Part shown: positions 52,016-64,000 of the stretch, piece by piece
Position numbering within the stretch: position 1 is the first letter of the stretch
How the letters are laid out: the number at the start of each line of letters is the position of its first letter
Assembly (NCBI GenBank): GCA_964036045.1
Contig: OZ038378.1
Location: forward strand, 163,246,001-163,310,000
From: Eutreptiella sp. 'Long Island Sound 2002'
Taxonomy: Eukaryota; Protista; Euglenida
Reading direction: 5' to 3'
DNA: 64,000 nt
Notes under the pieces: generated by a model
The model's database searches: none
What the model saw: the letters and a program-made list of their open reading frames with translations, nothing else
What the model was told of the DNA's origin: nothing
Program-made: the position numbers and the translations under genes

Positions 52016-54855
52016 TGTGGGGCCTCCGCGGTCGTCACTTGCTAACCAAAGCTTGTGGGCATTGTGATGGTCACCGGGGAAAAGGAACCCTTAGACACAA
52101 AAGATGGACGGCATACACCAGGGGGTTGGGCCCGTTGGGGGGAGCGGTGTTCGCACAGACTGGCCCCCAAACGGTACAGCAACCACCAGCAGGCTCAAGA
52201 CAAAAAGGACCGGTACCAGCACTGTCAGGGGCACGAACACAGAACGTCATTGGGCGCTTGATGCACTACGCCTGCACACAGTGCATTCATAGGAACAAGC
52301 CCCCCCCCCCACCCTCCAGTGTCCTCGTTCGTTGTCCCTGTAACCGTTCAGCCTTTATGGCACCCCCCCCCCCAACTTGTTCAACATGGGGAATGTCGTT
52401 TCACTGTGTGCACACTGCATACACTGCATACGCCGCCACTGGAACAAACTGATGATATGGCAGTTCCGCCCACATGGGGCTGCAGATTGGGTCATTGATG
52501 CAGTATGGGCTCCAATCCTCAAGCAACATATGCAGTGGAAGGGCGTATGACTATTTCTTGGACATTGTGGAAAAGGCCCAAAACAATCGGGGGCCTCAGG
52601 TGCAGTCCTTACACTGACAGCCGCCCAAAAAATTATGGCCCTCTAGAGGGGTGCTGCGGGGGGTGGGGGGCAAATTATATTCAAACTCCACGAGCATACC
52701 TTCACAAGGGATGTCCAGAGGTTGGTAGCAATGTTCACTTGCCATGTGGCTGCTCTACCTCCCTGACACAGTATCCTACACCAGGGGACACCACCATGCA
52801 TCATGTCACCTTCACAATGTTGAGTCTGAACTATCCAACGTCAACGTAGGCCATGAGGGAGGGAGGGGGGGCTTCCCGGTGGCACATGCCACTGTGAGGG
52901 CCAGGCAAAATTGATCCTGTCCCAGTCCCCTATAGCTACATCGCACGCCACTTGCGACGCCCTACATTGTCTAAACACAAGCTTGCACACACATGGGTAA
53001 GCGGGGTGCACAGGCATTGTGTCGGAGCTGATGACACACACAGACACACACACACAAACCAGTTTAAGCTTGGTGCATGTGACAGCAGCATAGCATAGAC
53101 AGGCATTGGCACCATGGTAATGGAAGTGCAAAAAAAAATACGTCTGCACTTGGAGAGAAAAAATTGTTGTGCTTATGTTTGTGTATCCTTGTTTCTGAAG
53201 GGGTGGGGGTGAGGCACCCGTGGTGATCATCCGTCATCGCAACAAGCCATTGCACTCTGACTGGATGGCTCCGTGACCCTTGGGGTATCAGGGATTCCGA
53301 AATAGAGGGGAATAAGGGGGCTACATAACCCCAGCCGGATCGGGTCTCCAGCGCATTCTAAGTGGCAACCCCTAGCATCTTGGGGTCCCCAAGGTGGTGG
53401 GGAAAGAATATGGCCACATAACACAATTTGAGTGCCATATTTTGAATCTCCATGAAATCTGGACCGGGTTAAGTAGTATGAAGTGGTGTGGTTGCAAAGA
53501 CTTTCACGTCGCAAGCAAACTACATTGCACACGGGCAACAATGGCTTGCAGCGCCTGTGGCACCAAGTAAGGTCTGGACCTCCTCAACATTTGCCCCTCC
53601 GGAGGGCTGGGGGGCAGTGTTAGTGCAGGGCACTGCAGCTGGACAACACCCCATGCCCAAAACTATGGTTGGGGCAATTGCCAACACACAAAACTTTTGC
53701 AGTGCGTGCACACTGCCAAGCATGGCCTCTGTTCTGTGACGCACAGCCCCAACAGATCCCCTGTTCGTGTTTGGTGGCATCAGCTTGTCCACTCTGCTCT
53801 TGTTCTTCTGAGCTCCGCTTCTTGTAATGATAATCATGCTCACTTGATCCATAGCTGCAGAAACATGTCAAATGATTCAACTCCCTGCGGTTCCATTGAC
53901 TTACACCAGGCCACAATTTACAAGGGGCCATGCACTAGTTCCATGATTGTCCATTCTGCAAGTTTCAACCGAATGGAGCAAACAATATCACACACAGTAT
54001 GTGCCACAGCAATCTGAATTGCGCAATTGTGCCACACCCATTCCAAGCCCATCTCCTATCTTGATACTTTCTCTAATTGATGACGACTCACTGCAGTGTA
54101 CCAAACCTTGATTGCCCTCGCATCTCCTGCAACTCCACCAACTCAAACAATTCTGCCTTGGTCCATGTCTGTCACTGTAGTGGAGCTGATGCCTTGTACC
54201 ACCATTTCAATGTACCCCCTCATTACCTGACACACTTACATGGAATAATACCCATTCAAAACAAAGAATGTCTGCATGAAGCTCAACATCACAAAGCATG
54301 TTGCCACAGATCCCTGTGGCCCACCAACCCCAACACCCTGACCCACCTTGCCAGTTACCATTCCCTCAAACACTTTTCAACACAAAATCTGAATCCATTA
54401 CCTGCACCAACTTCTGGGGCTTTGGCTTGTCACTTAGTGCCTCATTGCCCGCTATGCCCTGAACCCTGCCCTATTATTGGTGTGCCTTTCACCAATCCAG
54501 ACTCATTCTGCCAGATTGCGGGGATTGTTCTCCCCATACCCACCCACCCCCCCAAAAAACTCCTGCCCACTGCCACTCTGACCATCAAAGAAGAACCATC
54601 AATGTACTGTCTCCCACGACAATCCTTGACACACTAAAACCTACTAAGAAGAAAAAATCAATATTCATTAGCCATTTGGAATACTTGTCCACAGCACATT
54701 GAGGTGTTGACACTGTCACTATCGACAAAGGGGTGGTACTTGGGCCCCACACATCCGCACACTATTTCGATTGCACACTGCAAGCGTGGCGCAAGGCTGA
54801 TGCCGGGGTGGGAGCCCACCTTGGGAACCCACATTGGCTCTAGTAGTTGCGCATT

Positions 54856-54944
54856 GGAACACAAACAAGACCATATAAACGATTGAAGGCGGAGGACCTG
54901 GAACACAAACAAGACCATATAAACGATTGAAGGCGGAGGACCTG
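54856..54944. repeat. Perfect 44-bp tandem duplication
   Basis: GGAACACAAACAAGACCATATAAACGATTGAAGGCGGAGGACCT x2. Confidence 0.95.
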
Positions 54945-55465
54945 TAAAATAAATCTTTATGGCATTTCCATTGGGTTTGTGGTTCGTATAAACGCGGATA
55001 GACTGCCGCGGATGGAAGGGTGGGTGCAAAGCCCACTCCAAATAAAAAGACAGACTGAGTTGCGAAAGTACATATATGGCAAATCATGCACAGTGTATCT
55101 ACCAAGGGGCAGGGGCGCCTGGTGGGCTTTGGGAAGCAATAGGGACCCCTCCCCACCCTCCTAATTCCGAGGGTGGGGAAATGATTTTTAAGGGTTAGAG
55201 AGGTATTTGGTACACTCTCCTACTGTGTTCAAATGTTGAGTGTGCTGGCACCAGATGGCATTGTCACAACGCTCAACCTATATTGAGTACTGGTCACCAG
55301 GTGGTTTCTCTCTGCTTGTAGTGTGGTTTGGCACTGCCCTTCACTTGTGGGCATGTGTATTGCCTTCTGTAGTAGCTCAAATTTGCTGGTTGGGACTGTT
55401 GTTCTTGGATTCCGGTTCACACCACTTTTTGATGGTTACAGTGTTTCAGCTACAAGACCTATCTA

Positions 55466-55829
55466 CCCCCCCCCTTGTCTGAGCTACGCAAAAGTACGGA
55501 ATTAATACCGTCCCTACGCCTACTGAAGCTTAGACAAGGCCGCAACTTGCACGCGACACATACAACTACCGGCACACAAGTGCTGACGCAAGAAGAGGGA
55601 AGATAGTGCACAAATATGCCCAAAATCAGAGCTCTGTGGGTTCAAGTGGGCAAACAATCACAACAAATGTGTCCATGACTCCATGTAATTGGCAGATTTG
55701 GCGCCAAAACCATGTCGTATGCGGTTGCACTACATTTCGTACCGAAATTAATTAGGCACAGAATTAATATGGTCCCTACGCCCACTGTAGCTTAGACAAG
55801 GCCGTAGCTTACACAAGGGGGGGAGGGGG
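55466..55829. mobile_element. MITE-like element (copy 2, internally shorter), homologous to 2964-3566
   Basis: Same poly-C/poly-G termini, same duplicated GTCCCTACGCC.ACTG.AGCTTAGACAAGG motif and shared internal segment. Confidence 0.6.
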
Positions 55830-55834
55830 CATAT

Positions 55835-56660
55835 GTGACGAAGCTGCGGCAGTTCCTCATGGAATATGGTTTGGTAGATCACAGCCTCCAAGATTCATGT
55901 TTGAAGTGTGGGGGACCCTTTTTTGGCCAAAGCAGAATGTATTGCAGTAAGGAACAGCGCACAGATCGCCAGAAATTTGTCTTTGTTTCGTCCAACAGCC
56001 TTTTGGAGGGATGCAAACTTGGGCCATAGAAGCTTTTGTTCCTCTTCTACTTCTGTGCTCACGGTTGTGGATCAACCCACAAATTGTCAAGGGCAGTGGG
56101 GCGGTCTTCTCATCCTTGAAGACTTTGCCGGATCTTCTTCTTTTTTTTTGACCAAAGTGCAATAGTTTTGCAACAATACAAGACAGTCTCAGTAAGGAAG
56201 TGCACTCACAAAATATAACATAGCAACTTCTCTGGGCAATGATAGGGGTCATGGTCGGCTTTGAAAGAGCTGCTTACATTCCTAGCCTGAGCATACCCAT
56301 AGTGCCATTGCTAATTGCCATACCCTTGTGTGGACCACTTCACCTCAACTTTGCAAAACTTCCCTTCGGAGGAGACTCCACTTATGTGGACAGGGACAAT
56401 TGCCTCTCCTATCGCTTGCTTGGCCGGACACCTACGCTTTGCTCTTGGAGACATGCGCATGTCGTCAAGGGATGTGTCTTGTTTCCCGGAAAGATTTTAC
56501 ATTGGCACGTGCCTTAGTCCCAACACATGGTACGTATAAGCAACCGCATGTGCCCATTGTCTGCACACCTGCCCCATGTGATGAAGCCATTTGCCTACTC
56601 TCTTGTACCGCATTCCATCGCAATGCTTCGCCTTCAGGGTATTCCAATACTCACACCCAT
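55835..56660 (+). pseudogene. Possible decayed Merlin/IS1595-like transposase
   Basis: CLKC..MYCSK..FVSSNSLLEGCKLGP*KLLFLFYF, then VMVGFER, GDSTYVD..SYRLL and GYSNTHT in the expected order. Very degenerate; DDE residues not confirmed. Confidence 0.28.
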
Positions 56661-57699
56661 GAACACCATGTGCAGCCTGCAGTAACCTTGCTACCTAATG
56701 CTTGACCCGGGGTGCAGACAACTTACATGTGATCCCATGATATCCTTCTGGGTCCTTCGTGGTGTCAAAGTATTTGATGGCCTTCACCTTTGTGTAATAC
56801 ATGTCTTCGCTCTGCAAGAGCCAATTGTGGACCTTCTTACCGCCTTGCTTGTCAGATGACAATTCCTTGATCTTGTTACAGCTTTTCTTACTTCGTATGT
56901 ATATGACCTATTGTTGCAATGTCTGTGTTGTAGGGTCCGGGGAGCATGTTTCAGGTCGAAGTGCACCACACCACATACTAACTAATTCACTTAGCTGGGT
57001 CTCACATTCTTCTTCGTGGGGTCCTCTCAAAATTGGTAAACCAAATGAGCCATCATGTACTGGTGATCGATGAGCCACTCTTTCCCCTAGAAATTGCAGA
57101 TCTTGACCCTAACCTTCGCCCTCTGGTAACTGGCATAGAAGGACTGTGGGATCCTTAGGCGTGCTGCATGGTGCAATTATTCTAGTGCTTTGCCTTGAAG
57201 ACTATGAGAAATCAAAAAAGGGCCCTAGTTCAGAGCGTGGCTTTTGCCCCCGAGGCGGGGATGATGGTTTGGATGTGTTGTGGTCCATGTGCATCAAAGG
57301 GCACTCCGTTCTGCATACCATGCCAAGTATATCACAAAATCCCTTTGTTACAAGGGGGATATTGCTTGGAATTGCGACGTTCTATCTTAGGCAGCTATGC
57401 AAGGGTGCAGCCAAATATGAAAAGCCACAAACCCTGGGGGATTTTCTAATGTTCAAGCTCTATTTATGGTCTCAAACTCCTCCCAACCACCAAACGAAGC
57501 TTGGAACTATTGAAGGCAAAGAGGCTAGGTGGCGCCATACACGGTTTTGGTCTTCCTTGTTGATAAAGAAGATCAACACACAAGTGGCAAGATGGTATGG
57601 GATAAAACAATGCCCTATCTTTTTGACAACAAACAAAAGCCAAACCCTAGAATAAGACAGCACCTAGTGTGCCGGCTCCATTACTAGTGAAAGTTGCAC

Positions 57700-58200
57700 T
57701 CATTCGGGAATAAATTTGGGCTAGTGCACAAGGACCCTAACGCGATTGCCAAGGAGATCACACATGCCATAGGTGTTTGTGCCCAAGGGAGGTGGACATG
57801 CCATCCCTCTATGTCCTATTTCTTCTTCCGCATACATGTGGGACATGATTCATTCACATTTAAACACAAGCCTTGGACTGATGATTTGGCCTTGGCAGCC
57901 CTAGACTCCCTAAATAAAGGTTGTGCGCCTATTGGTGATGGCCACACACAGGTCAAGAAGCGCTCTACATATACACGTCCTAGTGGGTGGGATAGTGCCA
58001 TTACCATGCCTACCATTGATGGGTTGGATAGTGCTTTGTGCAACATCTGTTCGGCGTCTTGATTGACGGGTGTGTGTTTTTGTGTGGTCCCAGGAAATCC
58101 ATCCCAATTTGCTGGCCACATGGATGCGCGTGCATTAGCAAATACACATTTATGGGGTTCATTTTGTTTTGCGTGTGAATTTCCTTGTATTGAGCCTATT
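57700..58200 (+). pseudogene. Possible decayed LINE RT remnant
   Basis: GVCAQG (~57770), WTDDLALAA (~57885) and KYTFMGF (~58140) in RT motif order; highly degenerate. Confidence 0.28.
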
Positions 58201-59577
58201 GACCATGTGTCCATCCACACCGAGGTGTTGCCCGTGCATAATTCATGAGGCTGATTGGAACATGGCAGAGATTGTGTGTGCGGCATTGATCTATTAGGCA
58301 TTGTTGTTCGCTCTAAACGTTCCTATTGTCATACATAATTTGAAGCAACTTGGAAGGGATTGAGGTTGTGGCCAATCTCCAAAGAAAAAGTCTCGCGGTG
58401 AGAAGACTATAGACCAAGGAGATCCTCAACTCAAGGCCCAAGACTAGGTGGCAGGGTTTGCCATGCGTCAATTGGTGGAGGATGAGAGCCAACATCTAGG
58501 CTTGGGGTTACAACATGTGGTACTAAGGTGCCGGGTGGAGAAATGAAATGCTGAGCAACTGGCTTTTGGGATGCAAGGGCTAGTCTCCATAGTCCGTGCT
58601 CTTGAGGAAAGTGGATCATCCCGACAACTGTATGTGCAATGCATAAGCACATGGCCAGTAGTGGGACAAAACTGGGAGTCCGAGGCTATGCCACATTGCC
58701 CAACCTACGCGTTCTCGAGGGTGTGGCTAAGATGTAGCACCTTTTTGAGGGTCTAATTTTTTCCGTGCCATTTTTTCCCATCCAAGGAGTTGAGCCTCTT
58801 TGGGTCCACACAAACATTTTTTCTTTGTGGTGGGTCAAGTGTGCACCATGCAGGGTTCTCATCATTATCGCTTTCATCGAATGGCCACAAAAAGGAGGTG
58901 ATAAAAGTCAAGGAAACATGAATGGCTAGTGTCCTGGCAAGAACCTCCTAACAGGTGTAGGGTGCATAAACCAGGGCATCCGGGCCATGGACACAGAAAA
59001 CCTGAGGGCATCTGCTGAGTGTGTAACAGTGGCTACACTAAGATGACACTCAGACGCACATTCACACTCAAATGACACCTTCACATGCAGTGCCACTATA
59101 GTGCAAAGTTTTTGCATCACCAGCAGTTGCAAGACCAAAATTTATTGCCTTTGGCAGTGCACCTCAAAGAGTGGCTGACAATCAGCAATCAGTCAGTTAG
59201 TCAGACAAGCAGTCAGTCACGCAGTCAGTTGGGCAAGCAGGCAGGCAGGCAGACAGGCAGACAGCAATACACAGTTTTGGGTTTTTCAGTGACTCACTTG
59301 GCTACAAGCAGTGGGGAGCCCCATGCATACCAGATCAGTGAGTGGTTGAATGGAAATGCAATCGACTGCCAATAGGCGGGTCGGCGGCTCGATTCCCGGC
59401 GGCTGACCGCCGGCCGCGCCGAACAAACCTGTAAATTTTGCTGGACCTGATTCTTGTTCAAATGTTCAAATGCTTCTGAACACAAACTCTTGACCCCCCC
59501 CCCTACCCCCCCCAAAAAATGTGTTATCCACTTTCAGGGGATAGAGGCCTCAGAATAAAAAAATCCATTGGGGGATT

Positions 59578-59948
59578 GTTCTTCACACCCCGTTCCCCCT
59601 GTCACCAGAGGCACTGCACCGGACATGCACGCCCGGACATACACACATTTCATTTCATTTCATTTCATTTCATTTCATTTCATTCGACACTGCTCGCAGT
59701 TCACACAATGCTGCTATGTACACTGCAGGGTGTCCAAGCTTCCAGCGTCTGGGAACACAGATACATAGCCCGGGTGGGCGGGTGGGACTGACTCATGGCA
59801 CAAAAGACAGAAGGCAATTTAAATAGCCTGTAATACACACAAGCTGGGGAGAACAGGGCTACAGCAGAACTTTCGTTCTTTGAAAACTACAGTTCTTCAC
59901 ACCCCGTTCTCCCTGTCACCAGAGGCACTGCACCGGACATGCACGCCC
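59578..59948. repeat. 57-bp direct repeats (59578-59634, 59892-59948) enclosing (CATTT)n at 59646-59684
   Basis: GTTCTTCACACCCCGTTC(C/T)CCCTGTCACCAGAGGCACTGCACCGGACATGCACGCCC twice, one mismatch. Confidence 0.9.
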
Positions 59949-60535
59949 TAAAGCATGCGAACGGATGTGAGCGCCTGGGCTGTCTAGCACCTGTGAGTGG
60001 CATCTGAGTGCCACCTGGGCTAGCCCGTGACTGAAACACAGGCCCACTGACACACAGGTCAACCTGTCTCCCCATATAAAGGACTCCGTGTCCCTAGGTG
60101 GCGCGAAAGCGCCGGGGAAGGTTTCGTTTCTCCCCATTGCTCCTGGTAACGAAAAAAGACAGCCGTACCAGGAATGGGACCTGTAACATGTCATCAGAGT
60201 CGGGCGGAGCCCGAAGGACAGAAGAGAAAAACAGAGGGCCGGCTAGCGGCCAGTTAGTTTGGCATTGCCCCACACCGCGAGTATACAAACTATAGGCGGC
60301 GTGTACGCACAGCAGGCGGAAGGCTCTGCCGCAAAGCGAAGGCAGAAGCAGCGAGGTCTGGATGACGTCTGCTGTGCACTGAAGAATGGCTGAGCCCAGC
60401 CGGAGTTACTGTCAAAGAGCGCGGACCAAGGGGGATGAATGAAAAAGGAAAAGGAGGCACAAATTGCTGGGATGACTGTGTGCGCGCATGCTCCGCGTGC
60501 GGTTGCTCCCCGGAAGAGGGGCCATACATACCATG

Positions 60536-60607
60536 GCGGCCGTTGCCTGAGCGGCAACGCACCCGGCGCCCGTCCTGAAGACGGCGGTTCGAACCCCGCC
60601 GGCAGCG
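60536..60607 (+). pseudogene. Degenerate tRNA (72-nt cloverleaf geometry; nominal anticodon CCC, Gly-like)
   Basis: Acceptor GCGGCCG/CGGCAGC (6/7 pairs), D stem GCCT/ACGC (3/4), variable loop AGAC, T loop TTCGAAC. Anticodon and T stems have mismatches, and A14 and U33 are not conserved. Confidence 0.5.
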
Positions 60608-60888
60608 CTGGATCTGAGGGAGCTTCCCCCCCCCACCGATGCCTTTGAATACCGGACGGGCCCTCCCGTCGATCTGTTTGAGTACAGGCGGCAGAGCACG
60701 CTGCTGCAGGTGTGCGTGGTGCTTGCGTGTGCATGTTTGTCGCGCTGGCAAAACGTGTGCATTTTTGTCGTGCTCGCAAAACGGACGAGACCTCCACCCG
60801 ATCCGCCGGTATCGGCGGTGGCGCGGGCTGCTGAAGGGGTGGGTGGTTCTCACGATGCCCACTAGAGAGCTCTACGTGCAGGGGCCCC

Positions 60889-60970
60889 AAGAGCACCAGG
60901 TCCCAGGAATCGAACCCCCGCCGGGACGACTGAAGACTACCGCTCTCACCATCGGGCCAACTATGTCTCT
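60889..60970 (-). pseudogene. tRNA-derived (SINE-head-like) remnant
   Basis: A-box-like TGGCCCGATGG and B-box GGTTCGATTCC at tRNA-like spacing; stems poorly paired. Confidence 0.35.
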
Positions 60971-61235
60971 TGCCCATTCTACAGCGCAACCTGCATAGGG
61001 AGGGGCTTCAGGGGGGGGGGGGGCGAAATGAACTCGGCATAAGGAGCAAACAGTGCATGTGAAAGCAAGAATTGAACGGCTTGGGGGGGGGGGGGGGGGG
61101 ACTGACTAGACGTTGCACTCAACAGGGCAGAGACATCAGCGGGAGACCGGATGTCGTCGGCGACCGGGCGCCAACCCAGCCAGTCATAAGTTGAGTTGTG
61201 CAGGGGGGGAAGAAAGACAGGAGCTGAGGGGGAAA

Positions 61236-63250
61236 CTAAACATGCAGGGACCACGGCAGAGGCTGCAGGGATTGAATGTGCTCATACGGCTGATCTGCAG
61301 CGCACCAGCGTGCGTGGCGTGCCTGCGCCTCTTTGATGGATGCAGCTACAGGGGGGAAGCTGGACTCACGTGAAAGAGGGTCAGCTGGAGTCTGGGAAGT
61401 ATGTACCCTGAAAAAGACCAGTTTCAAACCACTCTAGAGGCGCAGCCAGAAAAGCCGGCGGAGGAGTCTGTTTTGTACATGGCAGTGGGTCGTTGCCCTT
61501 TGACGAAGCGCCTGGTATCTGGCTGTATCACTGTCAACCCCTATGCAGGCAGTGCCGTGGCCCTCGTAGGCGGCTATATTGGCGGCGGAGTAAAGTCCAT
61601 GGAGTTCAGCCTGAGCCAGAGTAGTGACCCATGGGGGACAGGTGCGCGAGCGGTAGCACCCTTTGGGGCCCACCACTCCTATGGTGTGCCTGGCGCATAT
61701 AGAGGTAGGGGGGGTAGCATCAGCAAAATATACTCTGCCGTCCTGTGACGGCCTGGACTTGCATGACTGGGGAACCCGAGAGAGAAAACGAGGGCGGTGC
61801 CTGTGGAACGGATGAGACCTCTGGTAAACCTGTCCTCTCTTGAATATGCCGACCTATAAGCACCAGCTAGAACACAGGAAAGAGAGGCCGGGCGGATGAG
61901 CCATTGCATGCGACCAAGTAAGCGCATAAGGTCGGAGGCAGAGATTTTCCCCGTGCCCACTGCCCTAATCCACATGCGAAAGGCTCCAGCCAAAACCGCC
62001 GGTTGGTTTTGTATGTACTTGCGGAGGGTGTCAAACCACTTCCCCACAAAACCGATGCGCTTCGTGGGGCGAGTTTCACTCTTAACGCTGATAACCAAAC
62101 CTGCTTGTCTAAGCTTGCGGACAACCGCCCTTCGGCCAATGTTGAGTGAGCGCCTGCTTTTTGCATCCAGAAGGACATCGTCCAGATACACTTTGTTGCC
62201 CACCGGAACTTTGGCAGCAGAGATGGCCGAGGCAACTAACCGCTTGACAAGTGTTTGGCAAATTGAGGGTGAATAACGCCATCCAAAAGGCAGTCGAGTA
62301 TACTTGTAGCAATGTTGTCTTGCCTGGACCACAAAAACCCTGTGCCACGAGCGCGGCAGCTTTATGCTCCAATAGCAGTTTTGCAGACTGATTTTGCAGA
62401 GCCATCTGCCAGATTTGGAGCCTTTGATGGTGTGAGCCAGGTGGCTGAGGGTTGGCAGGCGTACCGCTTTAGGAGCCCTGTGGTCACTCGCATTTATGCG
62501 GACCGCATTGAGGAGCAGCCTACACTTTTCAGCATTTTTGTAACGCAAGAAAACAGAGGACGAAACCCTGGCTTTGGTGTGTCTCATACCTCTGGTATCC
62601 ACACGGACGGACTCCAGCATGCGCCCAACCGTGTGCTGAGAGTGGGGAGCAAAATGGGGCTGCTGCGCCTCCCGCGTGCACTTAGTGTACTGCTTGCGCG
62701 GGTTGGAGGGCACAAGGCGGCGCCAGATGCTGTGTGCGATGTGCACTGCGCCCGCCTCCCCCAGGCCTTTGCCGGCAATGTCTTCAGTGACACGGGCATG
62801 GTGACCAGGCTCACGGCCCTGACGCAGATAGTCATAGTAGCCATCAGACTCACAGAAAAGTCCAGACTGTAAAATAGTGTTTAACACATTACGCAGTAGG
62901 GCGAGCGCCCTTGCTGACCCACGCAACCCAAGAACAACGAGCGCCATGTGCTGCAATGCCGCAACGACCATGGGCCGCCTAGGCGGGCGAATGGTTGGAA
63001 GCTGGGCTATAGAATGAAAGAGATGCAGAAAATCATGGAGCAAACCCCTGTGTAGTGATGCTGTTCCTGCGAGGCCTATTTGGGGCCTGCGAACGCGAGC
63101 TGAGCCGAGCAGATCTGCCGTTGGGGGGGGCCGTTGGCAATGCTGCGCGGACCCACTCGTTGAAGACGGCCGTGGAAGGCCAGGGAACTTCGTACCACCC
63201 TGGCTGGTTGTTTTGCCACTTTGGCCCCGGCATGGGCCCTCCTTTGACAA
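61236..63250 (-). pseudogene. RT-RNase H pol, disrupted
   Basis: RT motif A reads KISLQNCYW (expected Asp is Ser); a frameshift near 61780 separates RT from RNase H. Confidence 0.85.
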
Positions 63251-63978
63251 ACGTCCAGCTGGAGGGGGGTGTGGTGTACATCCTTGCCACCGTGGGCGAT
63301 TTCCTTCCCCCCCCAGATCTGCACCAGGTGGAGTGGCAGCCCGAGCGCCTGAAGCTGGGCCGCCCCAAATTTGCGCTAGCTGTGCCAGCGAATAGTTTTA
63401 CATGTGCACCCTGGCGACTGCACAAGCTCGAGGAATGCTGCCGCCAAGTGTGCCTTGGATGTGAAAAATGCGGGTCTGTGCGGATGATGTCCCGAGAGGG
63501 CGCGCAATCGTGCGAGGAAATCACCCCATTTGCGGGCCCATGGACCCATTTTTGGCCTGTGCAAGCCGGCTCTGCCCTTAGGGCCCCGGAAGCGGAGCTC
63601 TGCTTCGTCGGGGGCCGCCGTCGCTGCCTCTGAGATGCGCTGCCCGAAGGCGATGGAGAGTGCCGATAGCGCGACCACTTCCCAGTCCAGCTTGGTCTTG
63701 GCCGCTTGGCGGAGTTGTCTGAGACAGTGCATTGTTGCCCAGTGCTTGGATCGCCCCTCTTGTTTGCGCTTTGGCACCTTTTGAATTGCGTCGATGAATA
63801 GCCAGTCGGCTGGGACGATGGTGGGCTGCACCCAGTTGAACTTCTCCAGTAGCTGTACCCCTGACAACAACCTTTTGCTGTTTGACTCTGTGTGCTGCTG
63901 TTGGACCTCCCCAAGGAGCTGCTCGTCGATTGCTGTACACAACGATTCACCCGGATGTCCGGCGAGCCTGTAGCGCAC
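63033..63978 (-). pseudogene. Tyrosine recombinase, disrupted
   Basis: In-frame stop at 63376-63378 inside HSxRR, and a frameshift in the C-run at ~63307-63314 before the catalytic Tyr region. Confidence 0.85.
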
Positions 63979-64000
63979 TCTGCGGAGCTGTTGCAGGTAC

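Larger units (their letters stand above)
61236..64000 (-). mobile_element. Tyrosine-recombinase retrotransposon, VIPER/TATE-like order (YR, then RT-RNase H); runs off the window
   Basis: YR motifs GQRISE, WHS*RRLG and KSPTVARMY. RT TRLPFGWRYSP, VYLDD, IGFVGKWFD. RNase H YFADA, QAELHG, IGVDS, PADPLSR. Confidence 0.88.

Noticed and set aside
60124-60230. Hammerhead-like words on the minus strand (CTGATGA...GAAAC) around a long hairpin
   Set aside because: Stem II does not close next to the core (11 unpaired nt) and stems I and III pair poorly; an Infernal search would settle it.
60925-60945. TCA (Sec/opal) anticodon in the minus-strand tRNA-like remnant
   Set aside because: Anticodon stem does not pair and Sec-specific long arms are absent.

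Overview
Eukaryotic, repeat-rich genomic DNA. A euglenozoan (euglenid-like) origin is inferred from TTAGGG repeats, a VIPER-like YR-before-RT retroelement and splice-acceptor-like sites just before start codons; it is not proven. There is a 200-N scaffold gap at 11389-11588. Two host genes can be supported, both on the minus strand. (1) A multi-exon GT-AG gene (23120 to 9096) for a 2xCCCH / La-motif / DEAH helicase / KH / RING-IBR-RING (RBR E3) fusion resembling plant DEAH11/12, broken by the gap. (2) An intronless importin-11-like gene (49067-52015). The rest is mostly mobile or repetitive DNA: a decayed Penelope-like element with pseudo-LTRs, GIY-YIG upstream of RT and a triple CCHC ORF (27649-33276); a 4 x ~1.15 kb tandem array whose units carry asymmetric inverted repeats and are separated by telomeric CCCTAA (33280-37931); a ~98% identical copy of the helicase 5' end fused in frame to unrelated coding-like sequence (37853-38789); an Ulp1-like protease ORF remnant; a tandem Cys/His motif; a tyrosine-recombinase retroelement with two tRNA-like remnants next to its 3' end; several MITE-like elements; and microsatellites. 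All homology calls come from reading motifs by eye; no database searches were run.
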